64,000 bases of DNA from contig CP000068.1 of the NCBI GenBank assembly GCA_000002445.1, positions 128,001 through 192,000 on the forward strand, in the 5' to 3' direction. Position 1 is the stretch's first letter. Every line of letters starts with the position of its first letter. Positions 9,707 through 21,820 of this stretch are shown here, piece by piece. The notes beneath the pieces were generated by a model. The model had not been told where the DNA came from. It saw only the letters and a list, made by a program, of their open reading frames with translations, and did not search any database. Position numbers and translations under genes: made by a program. The DNA comes from Trypanosoma brucei. Lineage: Eukaryota.

Positions 9707-10372
9707 AGCTGGAATAGAAGAGGTTAAGAAACACGCGTTGCAGTGCTCATCCCAATTCGTGTTAAAGCTACATGGGGGGAAAAAATGATATAATAAATGC
9801 AAACATGAAGAATGTCACTAACACTATTCTTGAGAGCGCTGTTGATTTTACTACTGGAAATCTTCTTCAAGAGTGGCAAGTTGATTTGCATTGATGTTTT
9901 TATACCTCCAATAACAACACCTTAAAGGTAGAACCCCTATTGTTTCCCTCCTTCGCGTCGCAGCAGAGTAACAAAAATGGTTTTGTCCATCAGACATATT
10001 ACGGAAAAAAGTGAAAGCAAATACATTCCATTTTGTTTCTTTTCAAACACAAAAAAAAAACAGATGGAAAAAAAAATACCAATACCAATATGATTCCGGA
10101 CACTTTTGCAAGTTATTGAGGTTGTCAATATCCTCATCTCGCAAAAAATTCAGGCATTCCCAAGTGTTAACCTTATGAGCCGAAATCTTCACATTATTTT
10201 TAAATAAAAAAAAATAAAAATAAAAAAAACAGCACGGACAGGGGCCCCCAACACATGTGTCCCCCACCCCCGGGCCCTCCCAGCCCTCTTTCCTTCAAAT
10301 AGAAACGACAACAAACCTCTTCACACATTCGCCTCCTTCGCAATGCTATGGAACACGAGGGGAAAAAAACAG

Positions 10373-10444
10373 CATCCGTGACAGGATTCGAACCTGCAAC
10401 CCTCTGATCCGTAGTCAGATGCTCTTCCATTGAGCCACACGGAC
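10373..10444 (-). tRNA. tRNA-Arg (anticodon ACG)
   Basis: Reverse complement folds by eye into a cloverleaf: GTCCGTG-TG-GCTC-AATGGA-AGAGC-A-TCTGA-CTACGGA-TCAGA-GGGTT-GCAGG-TTCGAAT-CCTGT-CACGGAT-G. The anticodon loop CTACGGA gives anticodon ACG. Canonical GGTTCGAATCC T-arm. 72 nt, no encoded CCA. Confidence 0.8.
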
Positions 10445-11450
10445 GTGGCGGCGGGGCGGAAAGCACAATGAGTTGTGAGCGGAAAAAAATTCAAACCCAA
10501 AAAAATTCAAACCCAACAAAAACGGCAGCGAGCTGACAACCGATATGTTCCACACCGCGCCGCAATTCGTGCGAGCCAACCCGGATCCAAGATGATATGC
10601 GATGCTCCTTTTTTACAACGTGTCACACGCAAGTGGAGTAATATGAACAATAATATAAAAAAAGGGAGAGAGGAATGGCAAACACTCAACAGACATGATC
10701 CCACCCCACGTAAATGTGTAAACTTTTTCATTCGCCCCTATTGAAAGGGTCTATTTTGCTAATGGCAATGTTTTTTTTTTTTGCCCTTTCATTTTTAAAG
10801 GGCAGCAAAAGCACATAACCGCCAGCGATGATAGTGCCGGTGCGGAAGTCAGCGTTAAGTTACCGCCGCGCATTTCAAGTCGTATATCTGATCATTGGGC
10901 CCCCTTTGGCCAAAAGGCTACACACACACACACACGCACACCTCCGCGGCGCACCGTGACTGAGAAGGAAACGCCGTCAACTTGATGTGACTATTGCTGA
11001 GTGTTTTTCATGCGCCAAGGTGCGACTCAGTTAAACAAATAAAACTGGGCATGCATGTGTAGCATGATAACCCTACATCACACTTTTACCCCTTTTTTTT
11101 CCAATCCCCAGAAGAGCAACGAAAAGAAATGGTGGAGGGTGCATTCAGGATTTTTTTTTTAGAAAAGCGATGAATCAGTACATAGTCATATCCAACAGAA
11201 AAAGAAAAAGCAAAGAAAGAAAGAAAGAAAGAAAAAGAAAAACACTGTCACAGCATCTGTCATAACGATAGCACCAGCAGAATACTGGTGAAAATATGGA
11301 GAACTTGTGGCGCCCATACGATATTTTCGTCGCTACCCAACGCGGGCATGCACGCACTCTTTCCACATTCCTTTCTGCATTCCCTCTTCCACACCCCCGC
11401 ACCTCACACAGTTTTCAATACTACACCACCACCCACTCCTCACAACTGCC

Positions 11451-12941
11451 TTAGTTCCAATTCCGCACGATCTTTCCGTCCCAGTTCAACTTCTCCCCCT
11501 TCTGCATGGCGTAGTAGCGATGCGTCTTCCAGCGACGCCAAGGTGAACCCGACTTACCCCAATGCGGGTTTGCTTCCCAGTATTTCTCAATACGCTCCTG
11601 CAACAGCGGCGTGAAGTGGCGGGCCAAACCCTGCACGGGCCATGCCGCTGCGGTTGCCAACGCACAGATGGTTCGCCCCTCCAGTTGTTTAGACACATCG
11701 AGCATGGTTCCAACCTCTTCCATACGTGCGTTACCGTGGACGAAGCGTTGCATCATCTTTTCGAGCCATGGGCTTCCTTCACGGCATGGCGTACACTGGC
11801 CACATGACTCATGGGCATAAAACATAGATAAGCGATGGATAGCCGCGATAAGGTCGGTAGATTTATCCATCACTATCACCGCTGCGGTGCCGAGGCCTGT
11901 TTGCGCCTCCTTCAGCGCATCGAAATCCATGAGGACGTTATCACAAATGCTCTTTGGAATAAGAGGACAAGAAGAGCCACCAGGAATGACAGCGAGGAGA
12001 TTGTCCCATCCACCCCGCACGCCACCAGCATGACGCTCAATGAGGTCCCGCAAAGGAATACTCATCTCCTCCTCTACTGTACAGGGCCGGTTGACGTGAC
12101 CGCAAATGCAGAACAGTTTTACCCCAGCATTGTTGCGTCGACCAAATGAATTAAACCACGACGGGCCGCGCCGGAGGATTGTTGGTGACACGGACACGGT
12201 CTCCACATTTGTCACAGTGGTGGGACACCCATAAAGACCGACATTGGCCGGAAAAGGGGGTTTAAGACGTGGCTTTCCTGGTCCACCTTCAATGCTTGAA
12301 ATCATCGCAGTTTCCTCCCCACAGATGTACGCTCCCGCACCGCAGTAAGTGTATAAATCAAAATCGTAACCGCTTCCGCATGCATTGCGGCCCAAGTAAC
12401 CCCGCGCATACGCCTCTTTAATTGCCTGATCCACAGCCCTCCACTCATTGTAAAACTCGCCTCGTATGTAAATGTAACCGTAACGCGCCCGCATGGCAAA
12501 ACCTGCAATGAGAGCCCCCTCTACCAATTTGTGTGGTTCATGCCGCATAATCTCTCGATCCTTACACGTCCCTGGTTCCGATTCATCTCCATTAACGACG
12601 ATGTAACTTGGGCGGCCGTCAGGTTTGGATTTTGGCATGAAGGACCATTTGAGTCCCGATGGGAAACCGGCTCCGCCGCGGCCACGGAGTCCACTGGCCT
12701 TAATTTCATTTATAACCCAGTCGTGTCCCTTCAACAGCAAATCGCGGGTACGATACCAATCCCCTCGTCGCTCAGCACTATCAATATCTGTGCCAAAATC
12801 CTGATAAAGATTAACAAAAATGCGGTCCTGATCCTTCAATCCACCGTGTACCCGCTGCTCCTGCTGAGTTGGTGGTGGTTGAGAAGCTGCTGCCTGAAGC
12901 AAAGACCCCGTAGCGGAAAGAAAACCCACACGCCGGAGCAT
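11451..12941 (-). CDS. NDUFV1: NADH dehydrogenase (ubiquinone) flavoprotein 1, 51-kDa subunit of respiratory complex I (NuoF homolog)
   Basis: 496-aa ORF. Contains the diagnostic NAD/FMN-binding region [19 protein letters not shown], and 4Fe-4S cysteine cluster residues near [13 protein letters not shown]-terminal presequence-like region. Confidence 0.85.
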   Translation of the reverse strand: MLRRVGFLSATGSLLQAAASQPPPTQQEQRVHGGLKDQDRIFVNLYQDFGTDIDSAERRGDWYRTRDLLLKGHDWVINEIKASGLRGRGGAGFPSGLKWSFMPKSKPDGRPSYIVVNGDESEPGTCKDREIMRHEPHKLVEGALIAGFAMRARYGYIYIRGEFYNEWRAVDQAIKEAYARGYLGRNACGSGYDFDLYTYCGAGAYICGEETAMISSIEGGPGKPRLKPPFPANVGLYGCPTTVTNVETVSVSPTILRRGPSWFNSFGRRNNAGVKLFCICGHVNRPCTVEEEMSIPLRDLIERHAGGVRGGWDNLLAVIPGGSSCPLIPKSICDNVLMDFDALKEAQTGLGTAAVIVMDKSTDLIAAIHRLSMFYAHESCGQCTPCREGSPWLEKMMQRFVHGNARMEEVGTMLDVSKQLEGRTICALATAAAWPVQGLARHFTPLLQERIEKYWEANPHWGKSGSPWRRWKTHRYYAMQKGEKLNWDGKIVRNWN

Positions 12942-13042
12942 TAATAACTACACACAAGGTTCAATTTGATTACACAAACGCACACAACCACAAATGGTAA
13001 AGGATGTGAATGCCAAAGCGCCTGTTAAGTGAGGAACCTTTT

Positions 13043-13079
13043 AAAAAAAAAAAAACACACACAAAGAAAGAAAAACAAT
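13043..13079 (-). promoter_or_regulatory. Polypyrimidine tract upstream of NDUFV1 - putative trans-splicing signal
   Basis: The + strand reads aaaaaaaaaaaacacacacaaagaaagaaaaacaa (T/C/G-rich on the coding strand), ~100 nt upstream of the start at 12941. Confidence 0.4.
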
Positions 13080-14106
13080 CCGCGGGCTACGAGCAATAAA
13101 AATTCTGAACGATTTAGTCGCTGCTATTGTTGTTCTTGTTGCTCCCTTGATGATTATAATGATGATGATAATGATGTATATACACACGCGCCCACCTAAC
13201 AGGCACACTACAACTAATTACTACGACTATTAGAAATGATATCTTCCACTACCGCTGCGACTACTGACTGTACACGAAAAAATAAAAATAAAAATAAAAA
13301 AAGAAAATCCGCTACAACCACCACCGTCTTTCCCACACTTTATTTTTTTTTCTCCTTCTCCTTTCTCGCCCTTCGCTTCCTTCTAATAAACTCGGACAAA
13401 ATGTGGAGTCGTGACTGTCTCTTCGTTCTCTTGTGTGTTTTCCTCTATTATTGTTATTATTCTTTTTTTTTTTCTCTCTTCCTTTACTTTTCTTTACTGC
13501 CCTTTGGCGTGGTTGAATCCGCTATTTCCCTAAATGTTGGTTGGGAAGACTTAAGGGCAGGCGGGAAAGAAGGAAGGAAATAGCAGAAAAAAAAAAAAAA
13601 CTCTGCTTCGTCCCGCACAACAAAACACGCGCACGCACCTAATGTAAACCTTCCACTAGTGGACGGATGTTTTTTTTTTACAAAAAAGAAAAAAAAAGTC
13701 ACATGAATAAATGAAAGAGAAAAAGTAAAAGTAAAAAAAAAAAGAGAGAGAAATAGAAACACAGAGATATGAAGCGAGAAAGTAGAGAAAACGAAAAAAA
13801 TTCATACACCATGCAGGCAAACAGCAAACAAGAAATTACCGCAGTAACATAACGGTTGGACGCAAAATACCAATCGTACACCATTATTATTATTTGGCAC
13901 TCTCTCACCCCAAAAAAAAAAAAAACAAAGGTGCCATAAACAACTCATCAAAAATAACAGGAAAAGTAGAAAATAAATAAATAAACATGGAGTGCAATGT
14001 GAAGCCACACCGCAAAGCGCCGTACAGCACGGTTTGTAGTGGGAGCAAATGTAATCATTTGGCAACAATGCAAAATGGTGAAGGGTTGATGTTTGGCAGT
14101 GGTATT

Positions 14107-14117
<11 letters not shown>

Positions 14118-14142
<25 letters not shown>

Positions 14143-14143
14143 T
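14118..14143. repeat. (AT)n microsatellite preceded by (AC)4
   Basis: Read directly. Confidence 0.9.
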
Positions 14144-14421
14144 CAAATATGCATTTACGTACAAGAAAAATGCACACATGTCCGTGTGTGATGCTTTCCA
14201 GTGGGTGAACAATCATCAAATATGTCTACTCAAATTTTACAAGAAAAAAAATCCTGCAGATGGGCACAAATCAGGCAGCCGTGCACCTTTCCAGTAGAAT
14301 ATCATAAGGCAGCAGCAACACATGCGGTAATTAAAGATGTATTCGAAAAATAAAATAAAAATAAAATAAGCTTTATTCCCTCGCCAAACATCATCTCGCA
14401 CCATATCAAGTTGCATTTCCC

Positions 14422-14754
14422 TCATCCTCCTTCATTACCATCACTGCTATTGTTGTTGTTGTTATTATTATTATTATTAATATTATTATTGTTGTGATGA
14501 GTCCAGTTGGGGAGACACCCCGCGAGATGTTGCGCCTGGCAGCTGTGAAATTGTTCCGTAGCTTCCACACAATTTGGAGCCCAAAAACCCTCCACTTCAA
14601 TGCAACGCTGCGCAATGGCCCTCAACTCAACACATGGCGTAATTTCCTCCTGTTCTGCAAGCCGACGCTTAAAACCCTCCGGAACTTCCTCCCAAGGCAT
14701 TTGCCGGCCATTACCCACCGCATAAGTCGTACCGCCACCCTTCAATACAACCAT
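14422..14754 (-). CDS. Small twin-Cx9C (CHCH-domain) protein, putative mitochondrial intermembrane-space protein
   Basis: 110-aa ORF whose first ~85 aa are high-complexity. Two Cx9C pairs: CVELRAIAQRC and CVEATEQFHSC, separated by ~10 aa. The C-terminus runs into a poly-Asn tract encoded by an (AAT/ATT)n microsatellite. The true start may be the internal Met (MPWEEV...). Confidence 0.5.
   Translation of the reverse strand: MVVLKGGGTTYAVGNGRQMPWEEVPEGFKRRLAEQEEITPCVELRAIAQRCIEVEGFWAPNCVEATEQFHSCQAQHLAGCLPNWTHHNNNNINNNNNNNNNNSSDGNEGG
14450..14492. repeat. (TTG/TTA)n trinucleotide microsatellite (encodes poly-Asn at C-terminus of the Cx9C ORF)
   Basis: ttgttgttgttgttattattattattattaatattattatt read directly. 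Confidence 0.9.
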
Positions 14755-17421
14755 AATAACTTCTTTTATTTTTATTTTTATTTTTATTTTATTTTGCCGT
14801 TCTTCTTCTTCCTCTTCCTCCTCACAAGCACTGCCGATATGAAATTAAAAGTATCTAATTGATCAACTAATTAATTAAAATAACTAATGAACTAATGAAC
14901 TAATACGTTGGGGTTAATTGTGGTGAAATGGCCAGAATGAAACAGAGTGATGAGGGTTTAATTAATAAATAAACAAACCCAAACACCCGTACACTTCAGT
15001 TAATGAAGTTATTTCTTCCCTTCAGTCCTTTATTGGACTGAAGCCGTGTGTAACTTAATAACTTGCATATATGACACAACACACAGCAAAAAGAAAAAAA
15101 AGGAAGGAGAAAAAAAGTAAAGAAAAGTAAAGACTTGCGTTACAACACACAACAGCGCAATCATGAAGCACTCCAGCGTCAAAAAAATAAGGTGGAGTTA
15201 CAAATCTTATTTTGTAACCGTCTTTTTTTCTTTAAATAATAACAATAATAATAATTTGTTTATGTATTATTGTTGTTGTTGTTGTTTCTTTATTATTATT
15301 ATTATTTTCCTTTCCTTCATTTGACAGACCTGATACGGCCGAATTGGCTGGCCGCCGGGTGTAGAAAGTAAACCATTTTGGGACATAAACATAAAATTAA
15401 TTAATTAATTAGAAGAAGAGGAGGAGGAAAAAAAAAAAGAGGCATAACGAAAGTGACATTTACTCACTTTGCTGCTCACTCAAAATAAAACAAAACAAAA
15501 AAGAAAAGAAAAGAAAAGAGTTGGGGCACACCGCATTTCCTCATTAATAAAATATTCCTTTGGATTTGTTTTTTTTCTTTTTCTTTTCTTCTCTTCTTTT
15601 GTGTGCGCTGGCGAAGTTCCGCTGATGGGGGAGAAAAGAGAGGAAAAAAAAAAAGAGAAAAAGAAAAACAGGGATTTGTTCCCAAAGAAAAATAAATTAA
15701 ATAAACATGTGAATGGAAGGAGGGAGAAACAAAAAAAACAAATAAATAAATAATAATAATAAAAAGAAAGAAAGAGGGGCCACTGAGACAATTTGCTGCC
15801 ACAAAGAGGAATCCCTCATATCCACTCCCTTTTATTTCCTTCCATTACTAAATCTTTTTTTTTTCGCTTCGTTTCGTTTTTGTTTTTGTTTCGTTTCGTT
15901 TTTGTTGTTAAAAAAAAAAAAAAAGAGGAACGTGTCAGAAATGAGTAAATGATTTAAGGGAATCTTAAATAAATAAATGCATGGGAAATGTTGAGGATGA
16001 TTTGATACCGACGACATATCGCCCATTTATTTTTTGTTGTCGTTTGCTTTTCTTTTTCTTTTTCTTTTTTTCTTTTTTTTTTCAAGAAAAAAAAACTGCG
16101 CGCGATATTCCCTTTATTTATTCATTCATTCATTCTCACTTTAATTCGTACCTATCCGTATGATGATAATAATAATAATAATAACAACATTAATTATTAT
16201 ATTGAAATGCTATACCTTGAAATAGTAGTAGGTAATGATAATAAAATAGATTTTTTTTAAAAAATAAAAACACAACACACAACACACAACACGCCACCAA
16301 ATCATATGAAACGTAATAAAATATCAACAGCAGAAATAATAATAATGTTTGTTGCCGTTTCATATCGCATAATATATTTTACGCATGGACCTGCAGCAGG
16401 AGGTTTAAATGAGGCATTTTGGGAGATAATTCGGGCTGAAAGTCTCGAAAAAATGAAGAATAAAAAAATAGAATAAAAAAAACCGTCAAAAGGTGAGTTG
16501 TGAAGCATTGCAATGCAGCGAAGACGCAGCGATATAAATAAATATAAATATATGATAAATAAAATGATAATGATATAAACAAATCATTTTATTTTACCTT
16601 ATTTTAATATCTTCCTCTTTCCCCTCCAGTGTGCAGTTACGCATGTCCATTTTCTACCATAAACACAATAAACAACACATCTTTTATTTATTTATTTTTT
16701 TCTTTTCTTTTCTTTTCCTTTAAAATTTTTTTAAAAAAAAAAAATTATGTTTAGGCTGCAGGTCATCCCACCCACCCATTTCAAACACTAATTCGTTTTT
16801 GGTTTTGTTTTTTTTTTTAATTTTCCCTCCTCTTTATTTCCTCTGCTTGCGTTGTTAAAATCATACAACCTCTTAATTATTTTCAGCACTCTGACAAAAA
16901 CCAACAGAGGTGCGAAATAAATATTTTTCTCCCTCACGCGTCTCCTCTATTTTTTTTTTCACAAATAAAATAAAAGAAATTCATCAGGTCACTTCACCAT
17001 CTACAAATTATTAATTATTTTTCCTTTGATTTGCTTCGTTATTGACGTTACTATCACACTTTTTTTTTCTTTTTCCTTTTTGAACTACAGCCAACTGGGT
17101 TGTTCATTCTCCGAAACAAAAAAAAACAATAAAAATAAATAAAAATAAAGTGGCTAAATTATAAACAAACACTTTCACCACAATGTCACCCACTTGCAAA
17201 CTTATACTCACACACTCACAATCTCACATACACAGAAACATATAAATATATAAATATATATAATATTTCTTTTTAAAATTTCTCAGCTTCCCATTCCAGA
17301 AATGCCGGTAAACATCTCCTCCTCCTCCTCTACTTTATTCTCTTTTTTTTTCTTCTTTTTTTCTTCTTTTTTTCTTCCTTCACCACATGCACTTCTTTTT
17401 ATTATACTTTCCCCTCATCTC

Positions 17422-19164
17422 TCACATAATCTCAACAAGTTTTGTCTTCCGTGCCGCCAAAACAATACCGGACCGCTTGGAACGCCATAATGTTGCGTAA
17501 CACACAAGCGCTGATAATGTCATGGAAACACTCATCACAACACACACAAACGCATAACTCCCATTATTACGAAGTTGAATAGTTGCTTGCATGGGAGGTG
17601 CCACAAAACCACCCACCACACCTGCGAGAAATACAGCACCAAAATAAAAACCCAAATTAGGTCCATACAAATGCGTAGCGATAAGAGTTGGCATCACGGC
17701 AAACATACCCGCCATGCAGAAACCAATGATGCAAAGCAACAACGCAAAGGCAACGTAACTGCGGCCAAGGGCGAGAAGGCCACAACCGATACCACCAACA
17801 GTAGCACAGAAAACATATGCAAATTCAGCAGTAACTAATGAGGCGAGCCAACCAACAAGTACGGAACCAACAACTTGAAAGACACCATAAAAAGTGAAGA
17901 GGGTGGCGGCAACATCAGTTGGAATGGGCGGTACACCTGCATAAACAGTGCCTGGTTTACCCATAGACGAAATGTAAGGCACGGCTGCGTAAATGAGCGA
18001 GTAAAAAGCCCAACTGTATATGAACCAGCAAAGAAAGTTACCCATGAAAGGGAGAGTAAACATAGAGAGGAATAGTTCCCATGGTGTGAGCTTGTGGGTG
18101 TGGAGACTGCGTATTACCTGTGGTTCGTCTGCATCCATACTTGTATCCATATCAACATCAATAGCAGATGCAAAGGTGTTGTTCCTTTGACTTTGTTCAG
18201 TAACGTCCAAACCCTCACCATCATTCCCATTTTGCTGATTCGTGCCCACACCCCTCCCGTTAGGTGGAACCTTTGAGGTGTTGGTATGGCTGCCATTTTT
18301 CCTGCCCATTTCCCTCACGTCTTCTTTACCTTCATTGTGTCCATTATTCGCTGCTCCTTCTCCCCCCACAGTTGCCGGTTCATTACTTCTTCTGACCAAA
18401 CTTCCATTACCGGATTTATTTCCTTCCCGGGTTTCATCATCAGCGCTGCTGTCGTCTCTTTTGGGTTCACGGCGGCGAGCGGAAAGGGCGGTTGCGAGCA
18501 CTCCAATCGCACAAAATATCGACATAAGTTGAAAAGCCTTACGCCAGCCATATGCAACAACCCATTTCCCTGCTAATGGTGGAATAATGGCACTTCCAAT
18601 ACCTCCACCAGCAAAGTTAATTCCCATAGCCAGTCCCTGATAACGATTGAACCAAGAACTAGTTGCAGCAGCCCCAGGTGATAACATACATGCCGTACCA
18701 ATAGATGCAAAAAGGCAGTAAGTAAAAGTTACAACATAAATGTTCGCGGCGAGGGTTGAACTGATCCACAAACCAGTGAAGAGCAAAATGGTGGAAAGCG
18801 CCATCATGAACCGCGGCGGGAGCCGATCGACACAAAATCCTGCGAGAACACCAAAGGCAGGTGAAAGCCCCAACGAAACGGAATTTCCAAGACTAATTGC
18901 CGTTATGGAGGGAAACCCAAGTGACGGATCATTGTGCATATCCTCTGAGAAAATGGAATAACTGTTGTCAATACCATATGACATCAGTTGCATCAACAAC
19001 CCCGAAAGGGCCACGAGGTAACCGATTGGGTGGTCGGCGGGTTTACGGGTGAAACTTGGAAGCATAACTTTTTGCTTTTCTTCTTCTTTTCCGTATATAT
19101 TTAATATATATATATATATATACTTTCTGCTTATGCTCGTATTGGTATTCCGTTTCTCACCCAC
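17422..19164 (-). CDS. Major facilitator superfamily (MFS) transporter
   Basis: 580-aa ORF with ~12 predicted hydrophobic helices in two 6-helix halves. These are split by a long hydrophilic, N/G-rich central loop. The true start is likely the internal Met MLPSFTRKPADHP; the preceding residues are low-complexity. Confidence 0.7.
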   Translation of the reverse strand: MGEKRNTNTSISRKYIYIYILNIYGKEEEKQKVMLPSFTRKPADHPIGYLVALSGLLMQLMSYGIDNSYSIFSEDMHNDPSLGFPSITAISLGNSVSLGLSPAFGVLAGFCVDRLPPRFMMALSTILLFTGLWISSTLAANIYVVTFTYCLFASIGTACMLSPGAAATSSWFNRYQGLAMGINFAGGGIGSAIIPPLAGKWVVAYGWRKAFQLMSIFCAIGVLATALSARRREPKRDDSSADDETREGNKSGNGSLVRRSNEPATVGGEGAANNGHNEGKEDVREMGRKNGSHTNTSKVPPNGRGVGTNQQNGNDGEGLDVTEQSQRNNTFASAIDVDMDTSMDADEPQVIRSLHTHKLTPWELFLSMFTLPFMGNFLCWFIYSWAFYSLIYAAVPYISSMGKPGTVYAGVPPIPTDVAATLFTFYGVFQVVGSVLVGWLASLVTAEFAYVFCATVGGIGCGLLALGRSYVAFALLLCIIGFCMAGMFAVMPTLIATHLYGPNLGFYFGAVFLAGVVGGFVAPPMQATIQLRNNGSYAFVCVVMSVSMTLSALVCYATLWRSKRSGIVLAARKTKLVEIM

Positions 19165-19658
19165 ACTGCTTTTTTTTGTTTTATTTTGTTTTGTTTGTTC
19201 TGCTTGACTTTATTTTATTTTTTTTTATTATTATTATTTTTTTTTTTCCTTCACCCCCTTCAACTTACACTCCGCGCCTCTCTCCCTTAATTCAATGTGT
19301 AATGTTGTATCCCCGGGTTCCTTCTCGTCTTAATGTAAATTTGATGGGCACTTCGGTGTGATTTACAGATTTCAACTGAATATATAAGTGAACACGCCAC
19401 CACTTATTGAATAATACGAAACGGAAACGGCAGCGACTCCACAACAAATATGTTGCTGTCAGTAACACTTCAAGTTCTTTACTTCACTGTTTTACTAATA
19501 CGCTTGATTGATTTGTTTGTTTGTTTGTTTCGTTATTGTTATTGTTATTGCTATTCTTCACTTTGGTATGATTATCACTTGTGTAGCTCCCCTAATATTG
19601 TCCAGTTGTTTGCTTTAAAATAATATCTTACTATTCATTTTGTATTTATATTTGTGTG

Positions 19659-19681
19659 CATGTGTGTGTGTGTGTGTGTGT
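19659..19681. repeat. (TG)n microsatellite
   Basis: Read directly. Confidence 0.9.
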
Positions 19682-19782
19682 TTTTTAATTTTGAATTTGT
19701 GTAACCCACGTAATGTCAACGACAGTAGTGGAAATAAAGTTAATTTGTTTTGTTCAAAGAAAGTTAAGAAAAAAAAAATCCG

Positions 19783-19808
19783 AGAGGAGAGGAGAGGAGA
19801 GGAGAGGA
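19783..19808. repeat. (GGAGA)n pentanucleotide repeat
   Basis: gagaggagaggagaggagaggagagg read directly. Confidence 0.9.
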
Positions 19809-20180
19809 AATTGCATGACATGAATTACAGAACACCTACTTTTGGTTTATGTTTCTCCAAGAAAGAAAGAAAAAGAAAAAAAAAGAAAATCAATCACTTT
19901 TCCCAATGAGAAAAATATTTACAATCTCTAATTTTCTCCATACGTGTCTCTTCTCTCATAATCTTCCCAATATTTATATTTATATATGCTTTCAGACAGA
20001 AAAACGGGCATTAAAATAAATACAAAATGATAAGGTGTAATAAGGAAAGATAATGAAAACGACGAGAAAGCAAAAAAAAAAAAACTTCAAAGAAAAAAAC
20101 TTAAAGAGGATAGACAAAGATAAAGATATATGCTTCCATGCCCACGCAAAAGGAAGTTTATGTGTATGAAAGGGAGAGAG

Positions 20181-20206
20181 AGACAAGACAAGACAAGACA
20201 AGACAA
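20181..20206. repeat. (AGACA)n pentanucleotide repeat
   Basis: agacaagacaagacaagacaagacaa read directly. Confidence 0.9.
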
Positions 20207-21690
20207 AGGAAAGAAAAGAGAAGATAAAAAGAAGATAAAAAGAAAAAAAGGAATGAAAGAAAACACTGAGACTGAGGCTTCAGAGCCTAACGGTCGGAGG
20301 AGAAGTAAATATTTTTTTTTTAAAACAAAAAAAAGGTAAAGAAGGAACGCATGACGAGATGTGCAATCACTTGCATATAAATGTTGATCATAATTATTAT
20401 CGCACATGCATGCATAAATGCATATAAATATAAATATATATATATATTTATATTTATATTATTTGTGTGACCACTACACATGACGTGGGGAGGCAAAAAA
20501 AAAAAAAAGTAGCTGTTTAAAATACAACATATGACGCGAAGAGCAAAAAGAACCATCACCAAAAACTCAAGGTTCTCACAAGAACAAATTAAAAAAAGAA
20601 AAAAGAAAAAAAGAGAAACCAACAACTATCCCTAATAGGAATATAATACTTTAGAGATGAGACGTCTCTCCCTTCTGTTTCTTCTCACTTGAACCCACAT
20701 GTGGTGCGCTTCATTTCTGATGTTAAATCACGTCATTATAAATTTTTAAAACATGTACCGCCACCATCACCAGCGCGTTTCCCTCCTCCCCCCTCCTCCT
20801 CCGTTATTTTCTTTTTTTTTTAAAAATAAATACACGCGTATCCCTTAATTATTTCCCTTAACCAAATGCATTCCCCTCATTCAAAAATCACTTATCATTT
20901 CCCCATTTTTTTCATCGGCACTTTTGGCGCTTTTGGCGTTGTTTTATTCTCTGCTTTTTTTTTTCTCTTTTCAACATTGCGGTCAGTTGATTGGTTCCGT
21001 TATTTCTTCAATGAGTCACATTCATATATATATTTTTTTTATTTTATTTTATTTTTTCTCACGCCCTCACACAACCAGACACACATCCAAGTGCGTTTAT
21101 ATATATATATATATACATGTATTTATGTATTTATATGAGCGTCTTCTTTTCTTTTCTTTTTCTTTCCTCCTTTCCGAAACATTTAATCAAATATTCGCTA
21201 CACGTTTTATCATCTCTCTTTCTCTCGTTTTCTTTCCTCTTTTTTTTTCTTTTATTTTTCCATCCTCCTCGCTTCATATTGTGCCGTACACCTCTCTAAG
21301 CAGCGTTTAAAAAAAAAAAAAAAGACGAAAAACAAAACAAAACAATCACACACATTTTTTTTTTAAAAATCATTTTTTGCGCTCGCGCTGTTTTGGCGTT
21401 TCCAAACAAACGCATGGGGTTAAATGCGCACATACGCACATACGCACGTATGTAGTCATAAGAAAAAAAAAAACACACAGAACAGCAAATTATAAATAAT
21501 AAATAACGGTAAGAAGCAACAAAAACTATTATAATAATTTTGAAAAAGAAAAATAAAAAAAAGAAAAAAAAACAATCACCTGCAAATCGAAATCTCGAAG
21601 GAAAGGGGGAAAAGGAAAGAAAGAGAGAAAGAAAACAATGCGAACACAGACACATACACGCGTGCATATGCAAATACGCAACCATGTAAG

Positions 21691-21820
21691 TAAATATATA
21701 TAAATAAATAAATATTTATATTTATATATTTATATATATTTATATATATTTATATATTTATATATTTATATTTATATATTTATATATTTATATATATTTA
21801 TATTTATATATATATATACA
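21691..21820. repeat. AT-only minisatellite, unit ~TATATATTTA (8-10 bp), ~13 units
   Basis: tttatatatttatatatatttatatatatttatatatttatatattta... lies directly 3' of the RING-finger gene stop. Confidence 0.85.

Larger units (their letters stand above)
19783..20260 (-). promoter_or_regulatory. Cluster of purine-rich (+ strand) tracts = polypyrimidine tracts on coding strand upstream of MFS transporter
   Basis: (GGAGA)n, (GAAAGAAA)n, (AGACA)n and A/G-rich runs lie 0.6-1.1 kb upstream of the MFS start. Plausible splice-acceptor / UTR elements. Confidence 0.3.

Noticed and set aside
10200-10466. 88-aa minus-strand ORF
   Set aside because: Spans the tRNA-Arg gene and a G/C homopolymer-rich spacer. 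The translation is low-complexity (GGPGGGG, FFLFLFFF).
13236-16582. Numerous 60-120-aa ORFs on both strands in the 13-17 kb spacer
   Set aside because: Translations are dominated by poly-Phe/Leu/Lys/Asn encoded by poly(T)/poly(A) and microsatellites. Only 14422-14754 has complex, motif-bearing sequence.
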